Source of the DNA: Nakamurella sp.
GTDB taxonomy: Bacteria; Actinomycetota; Actinomycetes; Mycobacteriales; Nakamurellaceae
Reading direction: 5' to 3'
Assembly: GCA_036524715.1 (NCBI GenBank)
Contig: DATDBV010000494.1
Coordinates: 1 to 48,840, forward strand
Length of the DNA: 48,840 bases
The number at the start of each line of letters is the position of its first letter. Position 1 is the stretch's first letter. Below are positions 9,322 through 19,400 of the stretch, piece by piece. A program made the position numbers and the translations under genes. Below the pieces are notes generated by a model, which saw nothing but the letters and a program-made list of their open reading frames with translations, did not search any database and was not told where the DNA came from.

Positions 9322-9347
9322 GGAAGATCTGCCGGCCGTTCGCCGTT
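9322..9347 (+). promoter_or_regulatory. SigH/SigR-type promoter of moeZ
   Basis: GGAAG-N17-CGTT 40 nt upstream of the start, matching the actinobacterial thiol-stress ECF consensus. Confidence 0.65.
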
Positions 9348-9387
9348 GCTTCGAGGGCAGATGTGATCCGCGCGCAAGGAGAAGAAC

Positions 9388-10548
9388 GTGACATTGCCAG
9401 CGCTGGTGGAGCCAGCCGAATCGTTGACCAAGACCGAGGTCGAGCGCTATTCGCGCCACCTGATCATTCCGGACGTGGGCATGATCGGTCAGAAGCGGCT
9501 GAAGAACGCGAAGGTTCTGGTGGTCGGTGCGGGCGGACTCGGCTCCCCGGCTCTGCTGTACCTGGCCGCAGCCGGCGTCGGCACGTTGGGCATTCTGGAC
9601 TTCGACACTGTCGACGAGTCCAACCTGCAGCGCCAGGTGATTCACGGGCAGTCCGACATCGGCAAGTCCAAGGCGCTCTCGGCGGCCGAATCGATCGCCG
9701 AGGTCAACCCCTACGTGACGGTCAACCTGCACACCGAGCGGCTGGACTCGGGCAACGCCCTGGAGATCTTCGAGCCGTACGACCTGATCCTGGACGGCAC
9801 CGACAACTTCGCGACCCGGTACCTGGTCAACGACGCCTGCGTGCTGCTGGGTAAGCCGTACGTATGGGGCTCGATCTTCCGGTTCGAGGGCCAGGTCAGC
9901 GTGTTCTGGGCCGAGTACGGTCCGCAATACCGCGACCTGTACCCCGAGCCGCCACCACCGGGGATGGTGCCCTCGTGCGCCGAGGGTGGCGTCCTGGGTG
10001 TGCTGTGCGCCTCGATCGGATCGGTCATGGTCACCGAGGCGATCAAGCTGATCACGGGAATCGGCGAGCCGCTGCTGGGCCGGTTGATGGTCTACGACGC
10101 GCTGGAGATGACCTACCGGACCGTCAAGATCCGCAAGGATCCGGCCGGCGAGCCGATCACCGGGCTGATCGACTACGACGCCTTCTGCGGCACGTTGACC
10201 GATGAGGCGGCCGAGGCCGCCGCGAACCACACCATATCGGCTCGCGACCTGAAGGCCAGGATGGACGCGGGGGAGGATTTCCTGCTGGTCGACGTGCGCG
10301 AGCAGAACGAGTACGAGATCGTCTCGATCCCGGGTTCGGTGCTGATCCCCAAGGGCGACATCATCTCCGGCGAGGCGCTGTCCTCGCTGCCGATCGACAG
10401 GCCGCTCGTGCTGCACTGCAAGTCGGGAGCGCGGTCGGCCGAGGCGTTGGCCGTGCTGCACAAGGCCGGCTTCGGCGACGCCGTGCACGTCGGTGGCGGG
10501 GTGCTGGCCTGGATCAAGCAGGTCGACCAGAGCCTGCCCACCTACTGA
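9388..10548 (+). CDS. moeZ: Adenylyltransferase/sulfurtransferase MoeZ (ThiF plus rhodanese)
   Basis: RYSRHL, GAGGLGS, SNLQRQ, DGTDNF and C-terminal rhodanese HCKSGARS. Confidence 0.95.
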   Translation: MTLPALVEPAESLTKTEVERYSRHLIIPDVGMIGQKRLKNAKVLVVGAGGLGSPALLYLAAAGVGTLGILDFDTVDESNLQRQVIHGQSDIGKSKALSAAESIAEVNPYVTVNLHTERLDSGNALEIFEPYDLILDGTDNFATRYLVNDACVLLGKPYVWGSIFRFEGQVSVFWAEYGPQYRDLYPEPPPPGMVPSCAEGGVLGVLCASIGSVMVTEAIKLITGIGEPLLGRLMVYDALEMTYRTVKIRKDPAGEPITGLIDYDAFCGTLTDEAAEAAANHTISARDLKARMDAGEDFLLVDVREQNEYEIVSIPGSVLIPKGDIISGEALSSLPIDRPLVLHCKSGARSAEALAVLHKAGFGDAVHVGGGVLAWIKQVDQSLPTY

Positions 10549-10626
10549 CCCGATCGACGGGTGCGCGGATCGGCGAAACGGCGCGCGGTACGCCGTTCCG
10601 CGGCACCGGCCCGGTACGGTCGGTTG

Positions 10627-11514
10627 GTGATCGCGCGACCGGATGATCTGCACTCCGGTGGTGTCCCGCCGACCGTCGGCCGCCGGCTGAACGCCGTGCT
10701 GCCGGCCGCGTCCACCCGACCTCCGGATCACGTCATGACCGCCTTCAGCGCGACCGCGGCCGAACTGGAACCGATGTCCGGCGGCCGGGGCCGGACATGG
10801 CGGGCCGGGAACACGGTGATCAGGCCGGTCGACGATCCGGCCGAGGCCAGTTGGCTCGCATCGGTGTTCGAGCAACGACCGGTACCGGGGGTCCGGATCG
10901 CTCGACCAACCCGGTCCACCGACGGCCGGTGGGTGGTGTCCGGATGGACTGCGCACCGATTCGTGTCGGGCCGCGCCGAGCCGCGATTCGACGAGCAGAG
11001 GCAGGCGGGCCAGGCCCTGCACCGGGCGATCGCCGACGTGCCAGAGCCTCGCTTCCTGCGGGAGCGTGACGATCTGTACAGCTGGGCCGACCGCCTGGCC
11101 TGGGGTGAGGTGCTGGACCCCGAGGGTCGGCTCGGCCTTGGTCATGGGGCGACCGTCTACCGCCAGCTCGCCGCCTCCCGCCGGCCCGTGACGGCGCCGA
11201 GCCAGATCGTGCACGGCGATCTGCACGGCAACGTGCTCTTCGCCGGGAACGCCGCGCCCGCAGTGATCGATGTGACGCCGTACTGGCGGCCGGTCGGCTG
11301 GGCGATCGGCGTGCTCGCCGTCGACGCGGTCGCCTGGGGCGGCGCACCGATCGAGATTCTCGGCGAGTGGTCGGACGGTCCGGATTGGTCCCAATTGGTG
11401 CGACGTGCTGTGCTCTTCCGGCTGGCGGTGAGCCTGGCCCACCCGCGCACGCCGCCGAACGACGTCGTCGCCATGCTGTCGACGGCCGAACGCTTCGACC
11501 GATTCCTGCGGTGA
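10627..11514 (+). CDS. TIGR02569 family (APH/kinase-like fold) protein; start uncertain
   Basis: RSTDGRWVVSGW, VHGDLHGNVLF and IDVTPYWRP motifs. Follows moeZ as Rv3205c does. Confidence 0.82.
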   Translation: MIARPDDLHSGGVPPTVGRRLNAVLPAASTRPPDHVMTAFSATAAELEPMSGGRGRTWRAGNTVIRPVDDPAEASWLASVFEQRPVPGVRIARPTRSTDGRWVVSGWTAHRFVSGRAEPRFDEQRQAGQALHRAIADVPEPRFLRERDDLYSWADRLAWGEVLDPEGRLGLGHGATVYRQLAASRRPVTAPSQIVHGDLHGNVLFAGNAAPAVIDVTPYWRPVGWAIGVLAVDAVAWGGAPIEILGEWSDGPDWSQLVRRAVLFRLAVSLAHPRTPPNDVVAMLSTAERFDRFLR

Positions 11515-11530
11515 TCCCGGCGGATCGGTG

Positions 11531-12649
11531 TCAGGCGACCGCATGGCCGTCGCGACCGTCGAACTCGTCACCGTCGAACTCGTCACCGTCGAGCCCTTCG
11601 GGCGGCATCAGCAGGCCGTCGAGGACATCCGGGGGCAGTCCTGCCGACATGGTCGCGAGCAGCAGATGGATCAGGTTGTTCTCCGGTTCGACCAGCAGGC
11701 ACCGGTCGGCGCTGACCTGAGCCAGCGCGCCTTCGCCGTGCCGGTACGCGATCGCGCTCAATACCGCGCAGATGCCGGCGGCCTGGTCGTCCGGCGTCCA
11801 GGTTGCGCAGGAGATCAGCATCGCCAGCCAGGTCCGGTCAAGTGCGAAGATGCCCCGGACGAGCACCCCGTCACGGATCGGTATTTGCCGGCAGGCCACC
11901 GCCAGTTCCGCGGCCAGCTCGACGTCCACCGTGCCCGTGTCGTTCACCTCGGCCAGCGCGCAGTCGATCACCCGGATGATCCGTTCGGGCAGCATCTTGA
12001 CCCGCGAGGGTCCGTCGAGACCGTTGATGCCGAGTCCGAGCATGCGGTCCGGCGGGTCGGCCGTGTCGGGCAGCCTGGCACCGTGCCCCTGCGTCACTGC
12101 GGCGATCGCCCGCTCGGCCACCCGACGGCGAGGTCCTCGGGGCCCGGCGATCGACGCTCGGAGCTGCTCCCGGTCGGCCAGGACCACCCGGCCCGCCAGG
12201 GCGTTCTCCGCGGCCAGCGCCCGGACGGTGGGATCGTCGTCACCGGGCAACGGGAAACCTTCGGTCAGTCGCAGTGGGCGGGCCGACGGTGCCTCCCACA
12301 CCCGCCCGGCGTGCACGATCAGCACGGACATCACCCCGATCCCGGCGTGGACGAGCTCGGCCACCAGGGCGTCGACGATCGCCGGTCGCCGACGGCGACG
12401 CGGGTAACACAGCACGGCGACGCGATCGGCATGGGTGAGCGCGGTGCCGGTGAGGTAACAAACGAGTCCCGGGTCACGCCCGCGGGGCAGGTCGACCCGG
12501 GCGACCGGCCCGAGCACGCACCGATCGCCGGTGAAGCACGCCAGCACGAGGCTGTCGGTCGGGTGGAAGCCCAGCGTGTTCGCGGCGACCGCGAGCAGTC
12601 CACCGGGGTCGTTGATTCTGATGCGGGGGTCCCCGCAATGATCGTCCAT
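11531..12649 (-). CDS. DUF4192 family protein, 372 aa
   Basis: LLA…LGFHPTDSLV, ARVDL, RDGVL and AYRHGEGALA pattern. CAGCGT lies 6 nt before the ATG. Confidence 0.8.
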   Translation of the reverse strand: MDDHCGDPRIRINDPGGLLAVAANTLGFHPTDSLVLACFTGDRCVLGPVARVDLPRGRDPGLVCYLTGTALTHADRVAVLCYPRRRRRPAIVDALVAELVHAGIGVMSVLIVHAGRVWEAPSARPLRLTEGFPLPGDDDPTVRALAAENALAGRVVLADREQLRASIAGPRGPRRRVAERAIAAVTQGHGARLPDTADPPDRMLGLGINGLDGPSRVKMLPERIIRVIDCALAEVNDTGTVDVELAAELAVACRQIPIRDGVLVRGIFALDRTWLAMLISCATWTPDDQAAGICAVLSAIAYRHGEGALAQVSADRCLLVEPENNLIHLLLATMSAGLPPDVLDGLLMPPEGLDGDEFDGDEFDGRDGHAVA

Positions 12650-12655
12650 GACCAC

Positions 12656-12727
12656 ACGCTGGCCTGCCCACACGTCAACGGCCAGAGGTTCGTCCCGGTT
12701 GTGGATGAAAATCGGACATGTGGACAA
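12656..12727 (-). promoter_or_regulatory. Paired DnaA-box-like element (copy 2) plus -10-like CAGCGT, leaderless geometry
   Basis: Minus strand reads TTGTCCACATGTCCGATTTTCATCCACAACCGGG (12727-12694), with CAGCGT at 12661-12656. Offset is the same as in copy 1. Confidence 0.7.
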
Positions 12728-12735
12728 ACTCTGGG

Positions 12736-13044
12736 TCAGTCGTCCCGGCCCGGCGCAGACCGCCAGCGGTACCGGCGCAGGTCCACCCGCCCACCCGTGG
12801 CCAGCACTCCCTCCGCCCGCAGCCGGGCCAGTTGCTCCTCGACCAGGTGCGGCGCGGGGGTGCCGTCGCTGCGTAACACCCGGTGCCATGGTGTGTCCTC
12901 GTCGGCCAGGTTGGCCAGCACAAAACCGGCGAGCCGAGGCGACCGGCTGCCGGCGCGAGCGGCTACGTCGCCGTAGGTGGCGACGCGCCCGGACGGGATC
13001 GCGGCGACCACGTCCAGCATCCGCTTGGCCAGTTCCATGTCCAC
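12736..13044 (-). CDS. Alkyltransferase-like (ATL, MGMT-family) DNA-binding protein
   Basis: IPSGRVATYGDVA and PWHRV (Trp in place of the catalytic Cys of PCHRV). CACACT lies 6 nt before the GTG. Confidence 0.9.
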   Translation of the reverse strand: MDMELAKRMLDVVAAIPSGRVATYGDVAARAGSRSPRLAGFVLANLADEDTPWHRVLRSDGTPAPHLVEEQLARLRAEGVLATGGRVDLRRYRWRSAPGRDD

Positions 13045-13098
13045 CCCGACAGTGTGGACCGTGCCACCGCCGGACGATCGGATGTCGCGCAACGGCAC

Positions 13099-13120
13099 TG
13101 TCGGTGGCTCGTGATGGGAT
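13099..13120 (+). promoter_or_regulatory. PafBC-type (RecA-independent DNA damage) promoter of adnA
   Basis: TGTCGGTG-N8-TGGGAT, then 6 nt, then ATG. Resembles the TGTCRgtg-N8-TAnnnT consensus with one mismatch in the -10. Confidence 0.65.
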
Positions 13121-13126
13121 CGGTGC

Positions 13127-16100
13127 ATGACGTCCAGCCAGCTGCTCGCCCCGGCCAATGCGGCCCACGCGGCCCACGCGGCCGGCGGGACCGCGGCGGA
13201 TCTGCGCCTGCGCCGGCCGGGTCCGCCCGCGCCCGTGCGGCCGACACCTGCGCAGCGAGCGGTCATCGAGCACGCCGGCCGCCGGCTGCGGGTCCTCGCC
13301 GGGCCCGGCACGGGCAAGACGGCGACGCTGGTCGAGGCCGTCGCGCAGCGGATCACCGATCGTGGTGTGTCGCCCGGCCAGATCCTGGTGCTGACGTTCT
13401 CCCGCCGCGCGGCCGCCGAGTTGACCTCGCGGATCACCCGACGACTCGGGATCACCACCCGCGAACCGCTCGTGCGGACCTTGCACGGGTACGCGTTCGG
13501 CCTGCTGCGCCGGCAGGCGGCACGGTCCGGCGACACGCTTCCGCGGTTGCTCGCGGCCGGCGAGTCCGACCATGTGGTCCGTGAGTTGCTGGCCGGCCAC
13601 CGGGACGACGGCGGCGGCGGGTGGCCGACCGCCCTGCGGCCGGCGCTGGGTTCGCCGACCTTCGCGGCCGAACTCCGGGACCTGTTGCTACGCACCGCCG
13701 AGCGAGGAATCGGCCCGGGCCGGCTGGCCGAGCTCGGCCGGCGGCGCCGGCGCCCGGAGTGGCAGGCGGCGGCGCGGTTCGCCCGTGAGTACCAGGACGT
13801 CGCCGACCTGCGGCAGGGAACGGCGGGGCTGGGTCCGGCTCTCGACCAGGCCGAGCTGACCCGGGCGGCCCTGGCCCTGCTCACCGACGACGAGGTGCTG
13901 GCCGACGAGCAGGCGCGGCTGCGCCGGCTGTTCGTCGACGAATACCAGGATGTGGACCCGGCTCAGGCCAGGCTCATCGAGCGGCTGGCGTCGGGTGCCG
14001 ACGAGTTCGTCGTGGTCGGCGATCCCGACCAGTCGATCTACGCCTTCCGTGGCTCCCAGCCCGGAGCGATGCGGGCCGTGCAGGTCGATGCCACGGTCGC
14101 CCTCACCGTTTCGCACCGCCTCGCGCCCACGTTGCTGACCGCCACCCGACGCGTCGCCGGGGCATTGCCCGGCGGCTGGCCGCATCGTGAGCTCGTTACC
14201 GCCGACCCTGACCCCGACCCTGAGGCCGACCACCCGCCTGCAGCTCGACCGACGGGCGACCTGCTGGTGCGGACTCTACCCACGGCCGCCAGCGAGGCCG
14301 CGTTCATCGCCGACGAGCTGCGTCGCGCGCACCTGCAGGCCGGTGTCCCGTGGTCGCGGATGGCCGTCCTGGTCCGCTCGCCCGCCGCCGACCTGCCGAT
14401 CGTCCGGCGGGGCTTGGCCGCGGCCGGCGTGCCGTGCGCCGGCGGGCCCGTGGATCCGGGCGCCGACGATCCCGTCGTCCGCGCGATCATCACGCTGCTG
14501 CGATGCGGCCTGGATCCCGCGAGGTTGACCGGGGAGCAGGCGGTCGAACTGATGGCGGCCCCCGGGATCTGCATGGACGGCGACGCATTGCGGCGATTGC
14601 GGCGTCGGCTGCGCGCCGCGCATCCGGTCACCGCCGGTCCGACCGCCGACCTGGTGGCTGCCGCCCTGCTGGGTGCGCCGATGCCCGATGATCTGCCGGA
14701 CGACCTGCGGGATCCGGTGCTGGCGGTGCGGTCACTGTTGGCGACGGTGTCGGCGGCGGCCGACGACCCCGATCCGCGGGTGCCGCTGTGGCGGGTCTGG
14801 CAGCGTCTGGGCCTGGCCGAGGACCTGCTGGCGGCCAGCCTTCGCGGCGGACGCGCAGGCCAGCGGGCCGACCGCACCCTGGACGCCGTGCTCGGTCTGT
14901 TCGATGCGGCCGGCGAGCTGGCCGAACGACTCCCGTACGCGGGGGTTCGGGCGTTCCTGGCAGAGGCGACGGACCGACGGATCGCCACGGACGCGGCCGC
15001 CGACCGCGGCCACGGCGGGCAGGGGGTGGCTTTGCTGTCCGCCCACGCCGCGAAGGGCCTGGAGTGGGACGTGGTCTGCCTGCCCGGGGTGAGCGAGGGT
15101 CGCTGGCCAGTGGTTCGCCGGACCCAGAGCCTGCTCGGCCTGGACGAGTTGCTCGATGCCGAGGACGGGATCGCGGCCGGCGGCGCCGCCCGCGGGGCCG
15201 AGGTGTTGAACGAGGAGCGGCGCCTGTTCTACGTGGCCACGACCCGGGCTCGTCGCCGGTTGGTCGCCACGTCGGTGTCCGATCAGGACACGTTGCCGAG
15301 CCGGTTCCTGACCGAGTTGGCGGGGTCGACGGAGCTGCCGCACGGTTGGCCCGAGCAGGGCGACGGTTTGCCCCGTCGCAGCCTGCTGCTGGCTCACCTC
15401 GTCGCCGACCTCCGCCGGGCGGTCACCGACCCCGCAGTGCCGGAGCCGACCGCGACCGCGGCTGCCCGGCAGCTGGCCCGGCTGGCCGCCGCCGGGGTGG
15501 ACGGCGCGCACCCCCGCGACTGGTACGGCCTGTCCGGCCTGTCGAGCGCCGCGCCCCCCGTCGAGGCGGGCGCTGCGGTCACCCTGTCGCCGTCGACGGT
15601 GGAGTCACTCATCCGGTGCCCGCTCCGAGCGGTCCTGGAGCGGCGCGGGGCCCGGTCCGGAGGCAGTCAGCAGCAGATCGAGGGCATCGTGATGCACGCG
15701 CTGGTGGACGGGCTGGCTCGGGGCGTGTCCCGGGCGGATCTGGTCGCCGAGACGGAGCGGTTCCTGGCCGGACAGACGAACCTTCCGCCGTGGCTCGTCG
15801 CGCGCACCCGGCGGTCCCTGGAGGCGATGCTCACCGCGGCCCGGACCTGGATGGCCGAACTCCCCGACGGGCGTCGTTCGGTGGCCACCGAGGCGCAGCT
15901 CTCGGCCTGGTTGCCCCGCACCGACCTGGGATCGACGGGTGCGCCTTGCGCGGCTGAGGATGGGGCGTCGAGGGAGGGCTCGTCCGAGGCCGGGCCGAGC
16001 GCGACAGCTGCCGGCCCGCCGGACGCGCTCGACCGCAGGGACGGCACGTTCCGACCGGTCAAGGTGAACGGCCGGGCCGATCGTGTCGACCGGGCGCCGG

Positions 16101-16492
16101 ACGGCAGCCTGATCATCGTCGACTTCAAGACCGGTGCCACCGTGCCGTCCAGGGCCGCCGTCGAGCAGAACGCCCAGCTGGCCGTGTACCAGCTGGTGCT
16201 CCGGTTGGGCGCCGGTCGGTCCCTGATCGCGGACGGTGACGCCGACCGGGACGGTGACGCCGGCCCCCCCGGCGGCGCCGAACTGGTGTACCTGCGGTCC
16301 GGCGCCCCGACTGTCCGCCACCAGCCGCCGCTGGACGACGCGGACGCGCAGGCCTGGGTTCAGGAGCTGCGGGCGGCCGCCGAATGGCTCGCCGCGCCGA
16401 CCAGCGTCGCCCTGGAGAACCGCTCGTGCGAGCGGTGCCCGGTCCGATCGAGCTGTCCGTTGCAACCCTCGGGTCGGCAGGTGACCCGATGA
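13127..16492 (+). CDS. adnA: ATP-dependent helicase/nuclease subunit AdnA (UvrD-like motor, RecB-type nuclease, Fe-S cysteines)
   Basis: GPGTGKT, DEYQD, GDPDQSIY, HAAKGLEW, EERRLFYVA, DFKTG, QLAVY, RCP…CERCPVRSSC. Confidence 0.92.
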   Translation: MTSSQLLAPANAAHAAHAAGGTAADLRLRRPGPPAPVRPTPAQRAVIEHAGRRLRVLAGPGTGKTATLVEAVAQRITDRGVSPGQILVLTFSRRAAAELTSRITRRLGITTREPLVRTLHGYAFGLLRRQAARSGDTLPRLLAAGESDHVVRELLAGHRDDGGGGWPTALRPALGSPTFAAELRDLLLRTAERGIGPGRLAELGRRRRRPEWQAAARFAREYQDVADLRQGTAGLGPALDQAELTRAALALLTDDEVLADEQARLRRLFVDEYQDVDPAQARLIERLASGADEFVVVGDPDQSIYAFRGSQPGAMRAVQVDATVALTVSHRLAPTLLTATRRVAGALPGGWPHRELVTADPDPDPEADHPPAARPTGDLLVRTLPTAASEAAFIADELRRAHLQAGVPWSRMAVLVRSPAADLPIVRRGLAAAGVPCAGGPVDPGADDPVVRAIITLLRCGLDPARLTGEQAVELMAAPGICMDGDALRRLRRRLRAAHPVTAGPTADLVAAALLGAPMPDDLPDDLRDPVLAVRSLLATVSAAADDPDPRVPLWRVWQRLGLAEDLLAASLRGGRAGQRADRTLDAVLGLFDAAGELAERLPYAGVRAFLAEATDRRIATDAAADRGHGGQGVALLSAHAAKGLEWDVVCLPGVSEGRWPVVRRTQSLLGLDELLDAEDGIAAGGAARGAEVLNEERRLFYVATTRARRRLVATSVSDQDTLPSRFLTELAGSTELPHGWPEQGDGLPRRSLLLAHLVADLRRAVTDPAVPEPTATAAARQLARLAAAGVDGAHPRDWYGLSGLSSAAPPVEAGAAVTLSPSTVESLIRCPLRAVLERRGARSGGSQQQIEGIVMHALVDGLARGVSRADLVAETERFLAGQTNLPPWLVARTRRSLEAMLTAARTWMAELPDGRRSVATEAQLSAWLPRTDLGSTGAPCAAEDGASREGSSEAGPSATAAGPPDALDRRDGTFRPVKVNGRADRVDRAPDGSLIIVDFKTGATVPSRAAVEQNAQLAVYQLVLRLGAGRSLIADGDADRDGDAGPPGGAELVYLRSGAPTVRHQPPLDDADAQAWVQELRAAAEWLAAPTSVALENRSCERCPVRSSCPLQPSGRQVTR

Positions 16493-19400
16493 TCACCGCG
16501 ATCGGCCTGGCCGCCGAACTGGGTCTGCCGGCGCCGACCGCCGAGCAGGCTGCGGTGATCGAGGCCCCGCTCGGACCGGGCCTGGTGGTCGCCGGGGCCG
16601 GCTCCGGCAAGACCGAGACCATGGCGGCCCGGGTGGTCTACCTGGTCGCAACCGGCCGGGTCCGGCCCGAGCAGGTGCTCGGCCTGACCTTCACCCGCAA
16701 GGCCGCCGCGGCGCTCGCCCAGCGGATCCGCAAGCGACTTGCGATGCTCGCGACGCTCGAGCCCCGGTTCGGTGCGCCCGACATTCCGGCAGGTGACCCG
16801 GATGTCGGCACCTACCACGCGTTCGGGGGCCGGCTCATCGCCGATTTCGGCCCACTGGCCGGGATCGAGCCGGCCGCTCGGGTGCTGACCCCGACCGGTG
16901 CCTGGCAGCTCGCCCGGCGGGTGGTCGGCCGCTGGGACGGCGACCTGCTGACCGATTTGGGTCCGGATCAGGTGACCGAGCGGTTGCTCGCGATCTCGTC
17001 CGCCCTGGCCGACCATCTGACCGACGTCGACCTGCTGTCCGACGAGCTCGCCACGGTGCTGGATCGGCTGCGCTCGGCGCCGCCCGGACCGCGGCAACGG
17101 GCCACCCTGCACAGCGGATTGGCCGGTCACGTCAAGCGGCTGCAGGACCGGCAGTGGATCCTGCCGCTGGTCCAGGCCTACGTGCGGGCCAAGCGCGAGC
17201 AGGGGGTGGTCGACTTCGCCGACCAGATGCAGATCGCCGCCTCCCTGGTCCGCGACCACCCGCGGATCGCCACCGCTCTGCGGGACCGCTACCGGGTGGT
17301 GCTGCTCGACGAGTACCAGGACACCGGACACGCCCAGCGGGTGATCCTGCGCACGCTGTTCGGCGACGCGGGCTCCACCGATGACCCGGTCGATGCCGAT
17401 CGCCGCGGCGCCGGTGGACGCGCGGCCGGCCGTCGGGGACACCCGGTGACTGCGGTCGGCGACCCGGTTCAGTCCATCTACTCCTGGCGCGGCGCGTCCG
17501 CCTCGAACCTGCCGCGGTTCGTCACCGATTTCCCGCTGGCCCCGGGGCGGCCATCGGGGGTCAAACCGCTGCTGACCAGCTTCCGCAATCCGGTTGCGGT
17601 CCTGGCGCTGGCGAACGAGGTCTCCCGGCCCGTCCGCCAAGGTGGACGCGCCGTCGCGGTGGGGGAGCTGCGGCCGACGCCCACCGCCGGGCCGGGCCGG
17701 GTCAGGTACGGACTGTTTCCTACCGCGGCGCAGGAGAACGCGTGGTTGGCGAACGCCATCGCCGGATACTGGCGGGAGGCCATGGACGGGTCCGGGTCGA
17801 CCGGCGGGTCGGTGCCGCCGACCACCGCGGTGCTGGTCCGGCGCCGCGGCGACATGGCCGACACCGCCGACGCGCTGCGGGCCGCCGGTCTGCCGGTGGA
17901 GGTGGTCGGACTCGGCGGGCTGCTGGACGAACCGGAGGTCGCCGACCTGGTGGCCACCTTGCGGGTGCTGGTCGATCCGACCGCCGGCCCGGCGGCGATG
18001 CGCCTGCTGACCGGAGCGCGTTGGCAACTGGGCGCGGCGGACCTGGAGGCGCTGGCCCGGCGCGCCCGGGAACTGGCCGGTCCGGCGCGTCCGTCGGACG
18101 GCGTCAGTGCGATCGCGGTTGACGCGCCAGGTGTCGCGCCCGCCGCCGCGAGTGGCGCCGCCGATGCACCTGCCACCACCACCACCACCACCACCACCAC
18201 CGCCGCCACCGCAGCCACCGCCGCGGTCCGATCGGCGGTCGCCGCGGCGCTGCCGGTCGAGGACATCGACGTCTGGTCGCTGGTCGACGCCGCCGCCGAT
18301 CTCGGACCGGCGCAGGCCTATTCGGCCGAGGGTCACCGGCGGCTCGGTCGGTTCGCCACCCAGCTCACTCGGCTGCGGGGGCGGCTGAGCCAGCCGCTCC
18401 CCGATCTGGTCGCTGATCTGGAACGGGCCTGCCTGCTCGACGTGGAGTCGCTGGTCGCCGGCGCCGTCGGGCGCGCGCATCTGGACGCGTTCGCGGCGGT
18501 GGTTGCCGAGGTCGCGGCGACCGGCGCGGGACCGAAAGAGCTGCTGGAGTATCTGGACGCCGCCGCCGAACGCGAGGACGGCCTCACCCCGGGGGAGGTG
18601 CCCCAATCCTCCGGCCGGGTCCAGGTCCTGACGGTGCACGCCGCCAAGGGACTGGAATGGGAGATCGTTGCGGTGCCTCACCTGACCGACGGGGTCTTCC
18701 CGATCAACCGGGGCAGCACCTGGCTGGGAGACCCCGCTCAGCTGCCCCCACAGATCCGGGGCGACCGTGACGACCTGCCGCAACTGGCACTGCCCGTCGA
18801 TGGCACTCAGAAGGATCTCGCCGATGCCCTGGCCGCGCATGCCGCGGAGTTCGCCGAGCTTCGGCTGACCGAGGAACGGCGGCTGCTCTACGTCGCGCTG
18901 ACCAGGACCGAACACACATTGCTGTTCTCCGGACACCATTGGGGGCCGGGGACCGCCAAACCCGCCGGGCCCAGCGAGTTCCTGCTCGAATGTGCCGCGT
19001 TGGCCCAGCCGTTCGCCGAGCCCGACGGGTGGGCGCCCTCGCCGGATCCCGCGGATCCCGCGGTCATGGTTCCGCGGACCGCCCGGTGGCCGATCGACCC
19101 GCTCGGCGGGCGCCGGCCGGCGGTGGCTGCCGGTGCGGATCGGGTCCTGGCCGCGCTGGCCGACCTGGCGCACCCCGACCTGGCGCATCCTGCCGACCTG
19201 GCGCACCCCGACCTGGCGCATCCTGCCGACCTGGCGCACCCGGCCGACCTGGCGCACCCGGCCGACCCGGTCGACGGCGCCGCGCTCCACTCGGGGCAGG
19301 TCCGGGCGCCGGCCGAAGATCCGTTCGGCTGGGCGTCGGACGTCACCACCCTGCTGGCCGAACGATCCGCACGCACCCGGGGGGTCCGGGAGGTCGAGCT

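Noticed and set aside
11555..11592. 15-bp repeat (DGDEF x2) at the DUF4192 C-terminus as a GGDEF-like motif
   Set aside because: A short slippage duplication in an acidic tail, with no diguanylate cyclase domain context.
11531..13600. 689-aa ORF as a single gene
   Set aside because: The 5' part overlaps the ATL gene and adnA. Only 11531-12649 has family motifs and a promoter.
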